From: Acidobacteriota bacterium
GTDB lineage: Bacteria > Acidobacteriota > CAIWXX01
Reading direction: 5' to 3'
Assembly (NCBI GenBank): GCA_040755995.1
Contig: JBFMAF010000027.1
Span: 1-64,000, forward strand
Length of the DNA stretch: 64,000 nucleotides
Under the pieces are notes generated by a model. That model was not told where the DNA came from. It saw nothing but the letters and a program-made list of their open reading frames with translations, and ran no database searches. Each line of letters starts with the position of its first letter. The first letter of the stretch is position 1. A program made the position numbers and the translations under genes. Below are positions 29,151 to 38,379 of this stretch, piece by piece.

Positions 29151-30974
29151 TCAGCGCTCGGCAGTGGTGCGGATGCCGCCTCGGGCTGCTCCGTAGCTCT
29201 TGGGGTCGTGGTCCTGGTCGTGGCAGGTCAGGTAGCACCTCCCCGTCCTGTCGCCAATGTCTTCGAACCGCAAGATGCCAGTCCGGCTGGGAGTCACGAA
29301 TCGGAGGTCGAAGTTGATGAGGTTGCTGTTGTTGGTCGGATTGCCCTGTGCCGAACTGATGCCGTGCGGATCGTGGCAGATCGAACACGGAGTGCGCTCA
29401 TCCACGATGTGCATCCGATGTTCGGCGAAGGACGTATCGGCAAGTACGCTTGTCCGGCTGTGGCAGCGGTAGCACAGGGCGTACACTGTGCTTGATTCCA
29501 CCTGGTACTCGCCGTCCATCTCGTATCGGCTCTGGAGCAGGTGCTTGTAGATGGACCCGTGAGGGCCGCGAGGTCCCGTGCCCCCCGCGCCACGGCTGTT
29601 GTCGTTGTCGTGACAGTCGCTACAGTACATGATGCTGTCGGTAGTCCAGGGAGGCACGAGACTCGGGACTGTCCTGTTCGCGCCGCGAGCTTCGACCGGA
29701 TGGTACGCAGGGTTGGAGGGATCGAACAAGAGCCGCATGTTGAACTGCGGCTGCTGCCGCGCAGGATACGGGGGCCATGGAGACCCCCCCGGTTGAGGCT
29801 TGTTGGCCGAGTCCCCGTGGCACTTGAAGCAGATCTCGTACTCATTGACAGAGGGTGGCAGGCCGGCCGGCGGCACCAGAGTGCCGCTGTGATTGATGCC
29901 CCAGACGCCCGCGAGAGCGCCTGAGCCCTTCGGAGCCGATGACGAGTAGTCGTAGGCGGCGTGTGGATTGTGACAGTCTGGGCACTCCGCATGCCTTGGC
30001 GCCGTTGCGGAGAGCTCGGGCATTCGGTAAATGGGATTCATGGGCGACTCGGATTCGTCATGAGACGAAGGGGTCAGCCGGTAGGTCGGGTGAGTGTACG
30101 CCTTGTTGAACTCCGTCGCGATATCATAGTCGGCCACGTTGCTGCCGCCGTGGCACTGCAGCCCTGCGCTCGTTCCGCACGTCGCCTCCTCCTGCCCCTT
30201 CAGCACCCGTTGACCCGTGGTGGCCGAGTGCGGCTTGTGGCAACTCTCGCATCCGTTCGTATCGACCGCTGTGTAGCCGGTATGAGCCCCCTGCAGAGCC
30301 GAGTAGAGTTTGGGACTGTTCTGATGACTGCTCGGATTCTGAGCCCAATACTCCTTCTGATGACAGGTCACGCAGAGCGCAGAAAACCGGTTCTCCTTGA
30401 CGAGGAATTTCTTCATCGTCGTGTCGTTGTCCTGCTCATGCGGATCGTGGCAGCTCCGGCACTGGAGGTTTCCGTTCGCATCCAATTTCACCTTGTCGCC
30501 CGCGGGTGGATCGACAGTCTCTCCACCCGTCACCGGGATGAAGGAAAACGGATGATCGTTGCTGACGTCCGTGCCAAGAACCGACGCACCAGTGAGGCGT
30601 CCCTGTGGATCGGTGCCGCTGAGAGTGATGCTGCCGTTGTTGACGGTGCTCCCCAGCGCCACCGTGCCGTCGTGACAGCTCAGGCAGAGCTTCGAGGACC
30701 CATTCGGCTGCCCGACCACGGCCTTCATCGTCGTACTCCCGTAAGCGCTGTACGTCACACCTGATGACATCGCGTGGTTCCAGAGAGGAACAACGGGGTT
30801 GGCCGTATGTGGCGTGTGGCAGAAGATGCAGATCTCATCTTCGGCGATCGCACGCACCGGTCCGGGGCCGGCGATTGAGAGGTTATGCTTGTTGGCAGGA
30901 TCCGAGACCCCTACGCCCCAGAGAACCAGGCTTCCTGGCAGGAGGAGGAGTGGCACGAGGAGCATCCGCCTCAT
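29151..30974 (-). CDS. 12-heme cytochrome c: OmcE-like N-terminal tetraheme module plus 8-heme extension
   Basis: Signal peptide; 10 CxxCH plus CGTSAGLQCH (Cx7CH) and CYLTCH (Cx3CH); KHNLS, EICIFCHTPH, LGTDVSNDHP, SALCVTCH. Confidence 0.9.
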   Translation of the reverse strand: MRRMLLVPLLLLPGSLVLWGVGVSDPANKHNLSIAGPGPVRAIAEDEICIFCHTPHTANPVVPLWNHAMSSGVTYSAYGSTTMKAVVGQPNGSSKLCLSCHDGTVALGSTVNNGSITLSGTDPQGRLTGASVLGTDVSNDHPFSFIPVTGGETVDPPAGDKVKLDANGNLQCRSCHDPHEQDNDTTMKKFLVKENRFSALCVTCHQKEYWAQNPSSHQNSPKLYSALQGAHTGYTAVDTNGCESCHKPHSATTGQRVLKGQEEATCGTSAGLQCHGGSNVADYDIATEFNKAYTHPTYRLTPSSHDESESPMNPIYRMPELSATAPRHAECPDCHNPHAAYDYSSSAPKGSGALAGVWGINHSGTLVPPAGLPPSVNEYEICFKCHGDSANKPQPGGSPWPPYPARQQPQFNMRLLFDPSNPAYHPVEARGANRTVPSLVPPWTTDSIMYCSDCHDNDNSRGAGGTGPRGPHGSIYKHLLQSRYEMDGEYQVESSTVYALCYRCHSRTSVLADTSFAEHRMHIVDERTPCSICHDPHGISSAQGNPTNNSNLINFDLRFVTPSRTGILRFEDIGDRTGRCYLTCHDQDHDPKSYGAARGGIRTTAER

Positions 30975-31969
30975 CGGCTCTCCTTCAGGTACTCATATAC
31001 CTGAATCCTTCTGTTGGCCGAGTCGGCGACGCAGATCCGGTCGTCTTGAATCGCGATTCCGGTTGGCAGCCAGAGATCCCCCTCTCCTGAACCAGAACCG
31101 CCGAAGAAGAGCAGGAGCCTCCCCGATTCATCGAAAATCTGTACGACGTCGTGCAGCCCCTCGACAACGTAGATGTTCCCGTCGCTATCGACGGCGATTC
31201 CCTTGGGGCGGTTGAAGTCGCCTGAACTGTCGCCCAGCTTTCCGAACGACGATATGTACCGGTTCTGCGCGTCGAAGATCTGCACGCGGAAATTCATGCT
31301 GTCGCAAACGTAGAGCCGCCCGCCCGGTCCCGTCGCGATATTGGTCGGGAAGTTGAATTCGCCCGGCCCTTTGCCGTGGGCACCGAACTGCCCTACTATC
31401 TTCCCGTCCCTGGTGACCGACACGATCTTGTTGGCCAATGTGTCTACCACGCGAAGCTGATCTCCCACCACGGCGAGACCCGTGGGTCGCCGGAAGCCGG
31501 CCTCGGCCCCTATTGTCCACAGTTCCCGGCCTTTGGGGTTGAGACATACGAGCCGCCTCCGGGCCGAATCGGTGACGTACAACCGGTCGCTTCCAGCTGC
31601 CACACCGATGAGCGAATCACCATCGATGCGCATGTTGGAGTAAGCGTTCTTCGGGAGGTCGTAGACGTGCAGGCATCGTCCGAACGTGTCGGCGACAAAG
31701 AGCCGGCCGCCCGGTCCCAGACAGACGCCGTAAGGCTGAGTCATCACGTACTGCTTCTTTTCACCTGATATCAGTCCCCACAGCTTGCTCAGAAAGGAAG
31801 GCTTGCCTCCCGCTTCGGCCGGTGTGATAGAGCGGACGAACCGAATGCGCGGGTGTTCGGGTGGTTCGGGCCAGACCGTCTCCGCGGCGACGCTTCGTGC
31901 GAGGATGAGCGCCATTAGTACGGGCAGCCGGCGGCAGCCGGCCATCCTCTTGCGGCTCATGGCGCTCAT
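30971..31969 (-). CDS. NHL-repeat six-bladed beta-propeller, exported
   Basis: VWPEPPEHPRIRF; repeated FNxPxGIAV...IYVxDxxNxRVQIF units. Confidence 0.92.
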   Translation of the reverse strand: MSAMSRKRMAGCRRLPVLMALILARSVAAETVWPEPPEHPRIRFVRSITPAEAGGKPSFLSKLWGLISGEKKQYVMTQPYGVCLGPGGRLFVADTFGRCLHVYDLPKNAYSNMRIDGDSLIGVAAGSDRLYVTDSARRRLVCLNPKGRELWTIGAEAGFRRPTGLAVVGDQLRVVDTLANKIVSVTRDGKIVGQFGAHGKGPGEFNFPTNIATGPGGRLYVCDSMNFRVQIFDAQNRYISSFGKLGDSSGDFNRPKGIAVDSDGNIYVVEGLHDVVQIFDESGRLLLFFGGSGSGEGDLWLPTGIAIQDDRICVADSANRRIQVYEYLKESR

Positions 31970-34017
31970 ATGAGGAATCCGAACCTGCGAGTAACCCGAA
32001 AGAGTATCTGATTGCCGACGAAGCCTGTGCTGGTCTGTTTCTCTGTGACGATCTGGTCCAGAGTCGAGTAGCGATGTTCGACGCCGAATGTGAAGAGTCG
32101 CAACTGGTAGTCCAGCTTGGTGTAGATCCGGAACCCCTGCTGGTCCAGATACCCTGGCAGTGCGATCGCTTCGCGCCGCGCGGAAACCGACGTCCGAAGA
32201 CCGCCGAAGAAGATCCCCGCGAATTCGAGGCCGAGGTACCGGTTGCGATCGATCCCCGCGTCCGTCCGGTTTCGGAAGGCGCCGGCGGAGACGGCCAGCG
32301 TGCAGAGCCGGCCAACGTTGACCTGAACGTCGGCGTTCAAAGCACGGGCCTCGTAGTCAGTCAGAGTGTCGCCCTGGCCGCGCGTCGTCTCCGACCGCTC
32401 CCAGCTCACCTGAAGGGTCGTCTTCCAGAACGTCTGGCTTCGCGCCGAAGCTCTGACTCGCTCGAGATCGTAGTTGCCTAGACTGAGCAGCTCATCGGTC
32501 GCTTTGCCGCGTTCGTAGCTCGCGTTCACATTCATGATCTTGAGCGCGCCTGTGGACATGTTGGCTCTTCCGTTCCACGATGTGCTCACCCCATCCCTGC
32601 CGCTGACGTCGCGGTTCCAACCTCTTCCTACATCATACCCCACAACCGCCTGGATAGAACGGAGTGGCAGGTTGTAGGTAACACCGGCTCCAACGGTGCG
32701 CATGTCCACGCTGGAGTCCCCCGTGTCGGTCTTCTGGTTGCGGCGGCCATACCCGGCGCGGGCATTGAGACCCAAACCACGGACCGGGAAGTAGGTGTTC
32801 GTTGTCGACACGAACACCGCCCCAGTATCAGCCGTTGCCGACCTTCCCAGTTCCAGGCTCGTCGCGACACTCGTCTGCAACTTCTCGGCCGTCTGATAGG
32901 ACAGGTTGGCTGTCGCGTAGTAGAGCCTGTACCCGCCTGGAGTTTCTGGCTGGAGCCCCCCGTCACCGGTCTCAGTCATATGCGGCGGGATGTCAAAGAG
33001 CGAGTAGGTATCGAGGTATCCGGCCTTGACCTGGCCCCTCGTTCTCGGATTGAGCGTTGCGAGCAGCTCATAGCTGAGGTCATTGTACCTCGTCCTGAAC
33101 GCAGTGCTGAGCTCATTGTCATAGGCCTGCCTGTGGAATCTGAATGTGCTCCGCGTCCGCTTCGTCTCTTGTGTGGCTGTAAGATCGAGATTTGTACCCC
33201 GTTGAAGGACCTTGTCGGAACCAGCTTCCTCCGTATCCGAGTCCCTGCGATAGGCCAGGTGTATCATGGGCAACTTCTCCTCGTCCAAGTGCCAGTTGAC
33301 GCCGTAGGATGACAGCCGGATCTTCACGTCGGGGTACGTGGCCCCGGGCGGGAGCGGGATTCCGCCTCGAATGGGGCTGGACGTTGGGTAGTTGCCCGTC
33401 TCGGTCCCGAACGTGCGCCGCGCGAAAATCGAAAGGGGAAAAGGCCGAGAAGGGAAGAAGTTACCGTTGAGTTTGAATCCAACATCGGATGCGCCGCTGT
33501 CATCGCCGGCAAGCGACAGGCCTGTCTTCCTGAAAATAACGCCCGCGGTGTACTGGAGGAAGCGGGGATCCCAGGCGACCGATCCGTAGTTCAAGTCGTA
33601 GCTCTGGACGAAGGATCGATTCACAGATCGGGTCCCATCAGTGTCGAAGACCGAGTGCCCGAAGCTCCAATCGGCACTGCCATTCAGGTACTGAGCATCG
33701 AGCCGGCGGGGCCAGCCCACGAGAGCGATGACGACGGCAACCAAGAGCCAGGCGTGCAACCACTCAAGAGCACGGCACAGTCGCGTGACCGCGGCCGGAG
33801 GAGGAGCGCAGACGCGAGCTACAGTCAGCCCACCGCCCGGCACACGTGAGGCATCCTCCGGCAACGAATCCGAGCGAGAACGCTTGAGGCTGAGAAGAGG
33901 TTGCCATCGGGAGCGGTGCGTCATTGGCCCCGAATTCCCACGGTTTTCACTCCCGACCTTCGACCGTGGACTCTCGACGCGAGGCTGCGCCGCGCCCGCA
34001 CCAACCGCGGCCTGCAT
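31966..34017 (-). CDS. Large outer-membrane beta-barrel (porin/secretion channel); true start probably downstream
   Basis: Signal-like WLLVAVVIALVGWPRRLDA; alternating aromatic/Gly beta-strand pattern throughout; C-terminal ILFRVTRRF. Confidence 0.75.
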   Translation of the reverse strand: MQAAVGAGAAQPRVESPRSKVGSENRGNSGPMTHRSRWQPLLSLKRSRSDSLPEDASRVPGGGLTVARVCAPPPAAVTRLCRALEWLHAWLLVAVVIALVGWPRRLDAQYLNGSADWSFGHSVFDTDGTRSVNRSFVQSYDLNYGSVAWDPRFLQYTAGVIFRKTGLSLAGDDSGASDVGFKLNGNFFPSRPFPLSIFARRTFGTETGNYPTSSPIRGGIPLPPGATYPDVKIRLSSYGVNWHLDEEKLPMIHLAYRRDSDTEEAGSDKVLQRGTNLDLTATQETKRTRSTFRFHRQAYDNELSTAFRTRYNDLSYELLATLNPRTRGQVKAGYLDTYSLFDIPPHMTETGDGGLQPETPGGYRLYYATANLSYQTAEKLQTSVATSLELGRSATADTGAVFVSTTNTYFPVRGLGLNARAGYGRRNQKTDTGDSSVDMRTVGAGVTYNLPLRSIQAVVGYDVGRGWNRDVSGRDGVSTSWNGRANMSTGALKIMNVNASYERGKATDELLSLGNYDLERVRASARSQTFWKTTLQVSWERSETTRGQGDTLTDYEARALNADVQVNVGRLCTLAVSAGAFRNRTDAGIDRNRYLGLEFAGIFFGGLRTSVSARREAIALPGYLDQQGFRIYTKLDYQLRLFTFGVEHRYSTLDQIVTEKQTSTGFVGNQILFRVTRRFGFLI

Positions 34018-34040
34018 CGAGGGACTGAGGTGCAGCCTCG

Positions 34041-35024
34041 CTAGTGACTCTTCGCGAGGGCCGGGACAGCGGGGCTCTCCTTGACATCATAGACTTCGAT
34101 GCGCGCGGCGGAGCGCAGTCGCCGAGTCCACGCGTCGTTCATCTCCGAGCAGCGCTTCGACGTGAGATCGGTCTTGAGCTTCTCCTTGACTTCGTCGAAG
34201 GTCTTCTGCTGGGCCGGGCGGATCTCGGCCAGCCGGAACAAGTGGAAGCCATAGATGCTCTCGACTACATCGCTCAGGTCCCCGGGCCTCATTTGGGCAA
34301 ACACCTTTTCGAACTCCTCCGCCATGCTCCCGCGATGAATGAACCCCATATCACCGCCCTTGTCCTTGCTGGGATCGGTCGAGTACTTCCGCGCGAGATC
34401 CTCGAAGGAGACCCCGGAACGGATCTGCTTCAGCAGATCCGCTGCTTTCGTGCGAGCCTTCTCCCAGTCAGCCCTCGGCGCTGCAGGAGCTACTGAGATC
34501 GTGATGGCGAAGAGATGCAGCTGCTCTGGGGTGACAAATCGTTGAGGATTCGACTTGTAGAACTGGGCCGTCTCTTCATCGGTCACAGCGCACTTGAGAC
34601 CCACCGCAATGTCGTAGGCCCTCTTCACCAAGAGGACCCGCTCGATGTTACGCCGGAGATCATCAAGCTTCGCCCCGGATTCCTTCATGGCTTTTTCGAA
34701 TGCCTGCTTGCTGCCGTAGTGGGCAACGAGCCGGTCGATCCCGCGACTGACCTCCTCTTTCGGCACCTTCAGGCGCTGCCTTACCGCATCCTGATACTGC
34801 AGCTCCTCGTCGATCACGTTCTGGAGCGCCTTGCTCCGGATCTCAGCGAGCTTCTCCACACTCACGTTGCGGTGAAAAGAGGCGATCGGCATCAACGCGT
34901 TCATGGCCGAAGTAAGCCTGTCCAGGGCGATGGGCGCACCGTTCACACGTGCGACCACGACGGGAGGTGTCGCCTCTCCCGAGGACGGCAGCGCCGTCAA
35001 CAACAAGAGAGCAATGAAACGCAC
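34041..35024 (-). CDS. SurA/PrsA-like chaperone with PpiC peptidyl-prolyl isomerase domain
   Basis: Probable GTG start and signal; VVARVNG; SFEDLARKYSTDPSKDKGGDMG; VVESIYGFHLF. Confidence 0.92.
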   Translation of the reverse strand: MRFIALLLLTALPSSGEATPPVVVARVNGAPIALDRLTSAMNALMPIASFHRNVSVEKLAEIRSKALQNVIDEELQYQDAVRQRLKVPKEEVSRGIDRLVAHYGSKQAFEKAMKESGAKLDDLRRNIERVLLVKRAYDIAVGLKCAVTDEETAQFYKSNPQRFVTPEQLHLFAITISVAPAAPRADWEKARTKAADLLKQIRSGVSFEDLARKYSTDPSKDKGGDMGFIHRGSMAEEFEKVFAQMRPGDLSDVVESIYGFHLFRLAEIRPAQQKTFDEVKEKLKTDLTSKRCSEMNDAWTRRLRSAARIEVYDVKESPAVPALAKSH

Positions 35025-35050
35025 AGCACTAATATGCCACAAAACAGACA

Positions 35051-35075
35051 GGGAGTGAACTGTCAGTTCACTCCC
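35051..35075 (-). terminator. Intrinsic terminator/attenuator between the omcE-like gene and the chaperone
   Basis: 11-bp stem GGGAGTGAACT / AGTTCACTCCC followed on the minus strand by TGTCTGTTTT. Confidence 0.7.
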
Positions 35076-35095
35076 CTCCTGGACCCCGATCAGAA

Positions 35096-35839
35096 CTACT
35101 TGATGTGGCAGGTAGTGCAGATCGCACTTGTGGCGTTGGATTTGCGAAGGAACGACCCCTGCGTGTTGTTGTGAGGATTGTGGCAGCTTCCGCACTCGAC
35201 CGTTGCCGATGCCGCCGCCGCCCCGTAGAGGGGCAGATCGCCGGTGCCGGACGCCACGTAAATCTTGGACCCGACCTGAGTCTCGGTGACGAACTCAGTC
35301 GGCGTGGCGAGTCGCGCCGTCTGGTAGATGATCGTTATAGGGTGGTCGTTGCGAAGATCGGTCCCCATCGCGGGGATGCCACCGGTCATCAGGTTGTTGG
35401 ACCCTGGAGCGACGTTCCCATAGGTGGCCTTCGCCGCCCCCTGTACCGTGAATGCAACGGCCGGGCCGAAGGCGGCGCCGTTGAGGTTGACAAGAACGTC
35501 AACCGCGATGCTCCCGTCGTGGCAACTCATACAGGCTCCCGAAACACTGCCGGCGATCTGCGCGGAACTCGGCGCGGCAGCGTCCATGGTCGAGCTGCTG
35601 TAGACCTGATAAGTCGATGTCACGTTGTTCCGGTTCCAGAGTGGAGCCGTCGAGTTCAGGTTGGCACCGTGCGGCGTGTGACAGAAGACGCACGTCTGCC
35701 CGTTGATGGATGCGTTGCCGTTTCTGAGTGCCGAACCGGCGCTGAGATCATGAGGCCCCGTGGCGATCGTTGCCTGTGCGAACCCCGTCGCGGCCGCCAA
35801 CAGCAGTGCAGCGGCAACCGTTAGAATCTGTCTCCTCAT
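35096..35839 (-). CDS. omcE: OmcE-like tetraheme cytochrome (candidate nanowire subunit)
   Basis: GAGGAGG RBS; signal MRRQILTVAAALLLAAATGFA; PHDLS, QTCVFCHTPH, PLWNR, YSSSTM, CMSCHDG, GTDLRNDHP, LPLY, TVECGSCHNPH, FLRK, CTTCHIK, the motif order I recall for Geobacter OmcE. Confidence 0.85.
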   Translation of the reverse strand: MRRQILTVAAALLLAAATGFAQATIATGPHDLSAGSALRNGNASINGQTCVFCHTPHGANLNSTAPLWNRNNVTSTYQVYSSSTMDAAAPSSAQIAGSVSGACMSCHDGSIAVDVLVNLNGAAFGPAVAFTVQGAAKATYGNVAPGSNNLMTGGIPAMGTDLRNDHPITIIYQTARLATPTEFVTETQVGSKIYVASGTGDLPLYGAAAASATVECGSCHNPHNNTQGSFLRKSNATSAICTTCHIK

Positions 35840-35916
35840 TATTAGTCCTCCTCTCATGGCGGGCTTACAGCACCACGAGCCACACGTGCCTGGAAGCCGC
35901 CTTCGCCCAGTATCCA

Positions 35917-35932
35917 TGCATTTTCAATGCCA
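35917..35932 (-). promoter_or_regulatory. sigma54 promoter for the omcE-like operon
   Basis: Minus strand TGGCATTGAAAATGCA (GG-N10-GC). Confidence 0.75.
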
Positions 35933-36023
35933 CGATTGGAGGCAGATCATCCTGGCGTAACAGCAATCACCTCAAGCACTTACGTATGAGTCGGACAGGG
36001 AGGAAGGGTTGGCACCGAGGATC

Positions 36024-36061
36024 TGCGTGATTTTGCGCAGCTTTCTGCGCGAATTTCCGCA
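36024..36061. promoter_or_regulatory. Two dyad enhancer-like sites TGCG-N8-CGCA
   Basis: TGCG-TGATTTTG-CGCA (36024-36039) and TGCG-CGAATTTC-CGCA (36046-36061), 22 bp apart, about 90-130 nt upstream of the sigma54 promoter. Confidence 0.6.
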
Positions 36062-36087
36062 GGGCTCGCCTGAGCCGCTATCCGAGC

Positions 36088-37170
36088 TCAGTGGCCCAAG
36101 GACTCAGCCGCCGATTCCCGAATGTACTGAAAAACCTGCACCCGGGAATTGCCCTGGTCCGCGACATAGATGCGGTCCTGATCGTCCACGAAGAGCCCGG
36201 CCGGCAGGATGAACTGTCCGGGTCCGCGCCCTGGCAAGCCTACAAAGAGGAGAATCGCCCCCTGGGAGTCGAATATCTGGAAGTTGTTGAAGGATGCGTC
36301 CGCGACGTAAATGTGGCCTTCGCTGTCCACGCCTACTCCCTTCGGCCGGTTCAGACATCCGGGAGTATCGCCCTGCTTGCCGACCTCACGGATGAAATCG
36401 CCCTCGGGACCAAACACCTGTATTCTGAAGTTGAGCGTGTCGGCAACGTAGAGCTGGCTGTGACGGTCGACGAAGATGTTGGTAGGGAAGTTGAACTTGC
36501 CTGGGTCGACACCGCGCTCACCGATGGTCCTGATGAAGCTCCCGTCAGCGCTCGAGTAGCACAGCACGATGTGCTTCTTCGAGTCGGCAACGTAGAGCCG
36601 CTTGAGCTGCCTGTCGATGGCCATTCCAGACGGGTTTTCGAGCTCGCCTTCACGCCCGATAGCGATGGCGAGACCCCCATCGGGTCCATAGCCGAACACC
36701 CGGTTTAGAGTCGCATCAGCCACGAAGACCATGCCTTCATCATCCACCGCCACTCCGATCGGCTTGGCAAGCCTCCCTTGCCCTTCCTCGCCCACGAAGT
36801 CCACGTCTCGTGCGACAGGATCGAATCGAAAGACCCGGCGCGCCGCCGTGTCCGTCACGTACACGCGTCCAGTGACGTCGGCTGCCACGCCATACGGCTT
36901 CACGAGCACTTCGATCGCGCGTGGCTGCTCAGGGCCAAGCAGCATGGACTTCCACCTGGACTGTTTCTGGCCGAAATCGCCCACGCCGCGATACGTTGTG
37001 AGGTACTTGATACGCGGGCGTTCGGGGGGCAGCGGCCATACCAGGTCTGTGGGTTTGGCCGAGGGCTGCTTGGGCTTCGCGGGACCGCAGACATCCAGCA
37101 GGCACAACCACGCAGTCACCACAACCAGAAGCCCGACAGCACGCCCAGCTCGGTCACTCATGGTGCCCAT
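36088..37170 (-). CDS. Second NHL-repeat beta-propeller, possibly a lipoprotein
   Basis: LVWPLPPERPRIKY; NHL repeats (GKFNFPTNI, LNRPKGVGVDSEGHIYVAD); hydrophobic N-terminus with Cys. Confidence 0.92.
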   Translation of the reverse strand: MGTMSDRAGRAVGLLVVVTAWLCLLDVCGPAKPKQPSAKPTDLVWPLPPERPRIKYLTTYRGVGDFGQKQSRWKSMLLGPEQPRAIEVLVKPYGVAADVTGRVYVTDTAARRVFRFDPVARDVDFVGEEGQGRLAKPIGVAVDDEGMVFVADATLNRVFGYGPDGGLAIAIGREGELENPSGMAIDRQLKRLYVADSKKHIVLCYSSADGSFIRTIGERGVDPGKFNFPTNIFVDRHSQLYVADTLNFRIQVFGPEGDFIREVGKQGDTPGCLNRPKGVGVDSEGHIYVADASFNNFQIFDSQGAILLFVGLPGRGPGQFILPAGLFVDDQDRIYVADQGNSRVQVFQYIRESAAESLGH

Positions 37171-37182
37171 CGGACATCACCC

Positions 37183-38253
37183 CTACATCTTGTGGCACTT
37201 CTGGCAAACGCCCTCCCCCGGCGCGATTGGGAACGCCAGCAGTTTGGGCGAGGCAGTTCCATGGGGCACATGGCAGCTCAGGCAGTCCAGCGCCTTTCCG
37301 TTTTCGGATGGATGGATCGGGCCCGAGACCGGATGGCCGAAAATCGGGTGCCCTGTGCCGTTCTTGTCAAGGTTGATCTGATGAACCTTCCGCAAGTAAG
37401 ACCCCGGCACAGAGACGCCGGGCATGATCTCGATCGAGACTGCGGGCAGCGACCCCGCCGCCGCCGGCGACTGGTGACAAGCAAGGCACACGGCGTTCAC
37501 ATCGCCGCGCAGGCGCGCGGCGGAGTTGGACGCATGCGGATCATGACAGGCCTGGCACCCCGGGTCTCGTGCCGCTGCATGACTGGACGCCATTTTCAGT
37601 TCCGCTGCAACATCCTCGTGGCAATTCAGGCAGAGTGCGGTCTCAGGCTCAAGCAGGTGCGCTGGGTATCGAGATGCGTGTGGGCTGTGGCAGGACACAC
37701 AGCCTTCCGACTCTATCACCGGGTGGACGACCTTCGCGCCGGCGAAACGCTTCAGCAGATCCTCGTGGCATGCAGCACAGATGTCCTGAACATTCTCCGC
37801 CACGAGCTTGACCTTCCCGTTCTCGGGGGGCGCGTGACAGGAATCGCATTGACCTCCCGCCATCGGCGCGTGCGTGTATTCGAGCAACAGCGCATCGTTT
37901 TTCGATCCGTGTGGCGCGTGACACGTTGTGCAGGAAGCCGCTGCGATCGGTTGCGAACCATGTTTCGTCGCCAACTCCTTGTCGTTGAGGTCGTGGCAGG
38001 CTCCGCACAGCTCGACGAAGGTGCCGGCAAGGTACGGTGGATTCCTTCCTTTCGTCAGATCATGGCAGACCGTACAGCCCTCTTCGGTGGCCGCATGCGG
38101 ACCGGCGGCGATCTCGGCCGCGACGGTGTCATGACAGCTCAGGCAGAGTTCCTTGGTCAGTTTTTCCCCCTCAAGGTCAGGGTGCTCCGCAGTCAGACCC
38201 CGCACTGGCATCGAACAGAGGGCGGTTGTGGCAATCAGGACAGCGAGCCGCAT
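37183..38253 (-). CDS. 12-heme c-type cytochrome (doubled-CxxCH relay type)
   Basis: 12 CxxCH; signal MRLAVLIATTALCSMPVRG; start may lie upstream (ORF extends to 38352). Confidence 0.9.
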   Translation of the reverse strand: MRLAVLIATTALCSMPVRGLTAEHPDLEGEKLTKELCLSCHDTVAAEIAAGPHAATEEGCTVCHDLTKGRNPPYLAGTFVELCGACHDLNDKELATKHGSQPIAAASCTTCHAPHGSKNDALLLEYTHAPMAGGQCDSCHAPPENGKVKLVAENVQDICAACHEDLLKRFAGAKVVHPVIESEGCVSCHSPHASRYPAHLLEPETALCLNCHEDVAAELKMASSHAAARDPGCQACHDPHASNSAARLRGDVNAVCLACHQSPAAAGSLPAVSIEIMPGVSVPGSYLRKVHQINLDKNGTGHPIFGHPVSGPIHPSENGKALDCLSCHVPHGTASPKLLAFPIAPGEGVCQKCHKM

Positions 38254-38379
38254 CCGGTTCCAGCTATCCGGCCCGGCCCCCGGTAGGCCGCGCGGCCCCA
38301 TCCTCCGCGAGCCAGTCGATGGGCACGTCATCTCAGCCACCACCGGGTCCATCCTGAGTGCGCCATCGACCCATTATAC

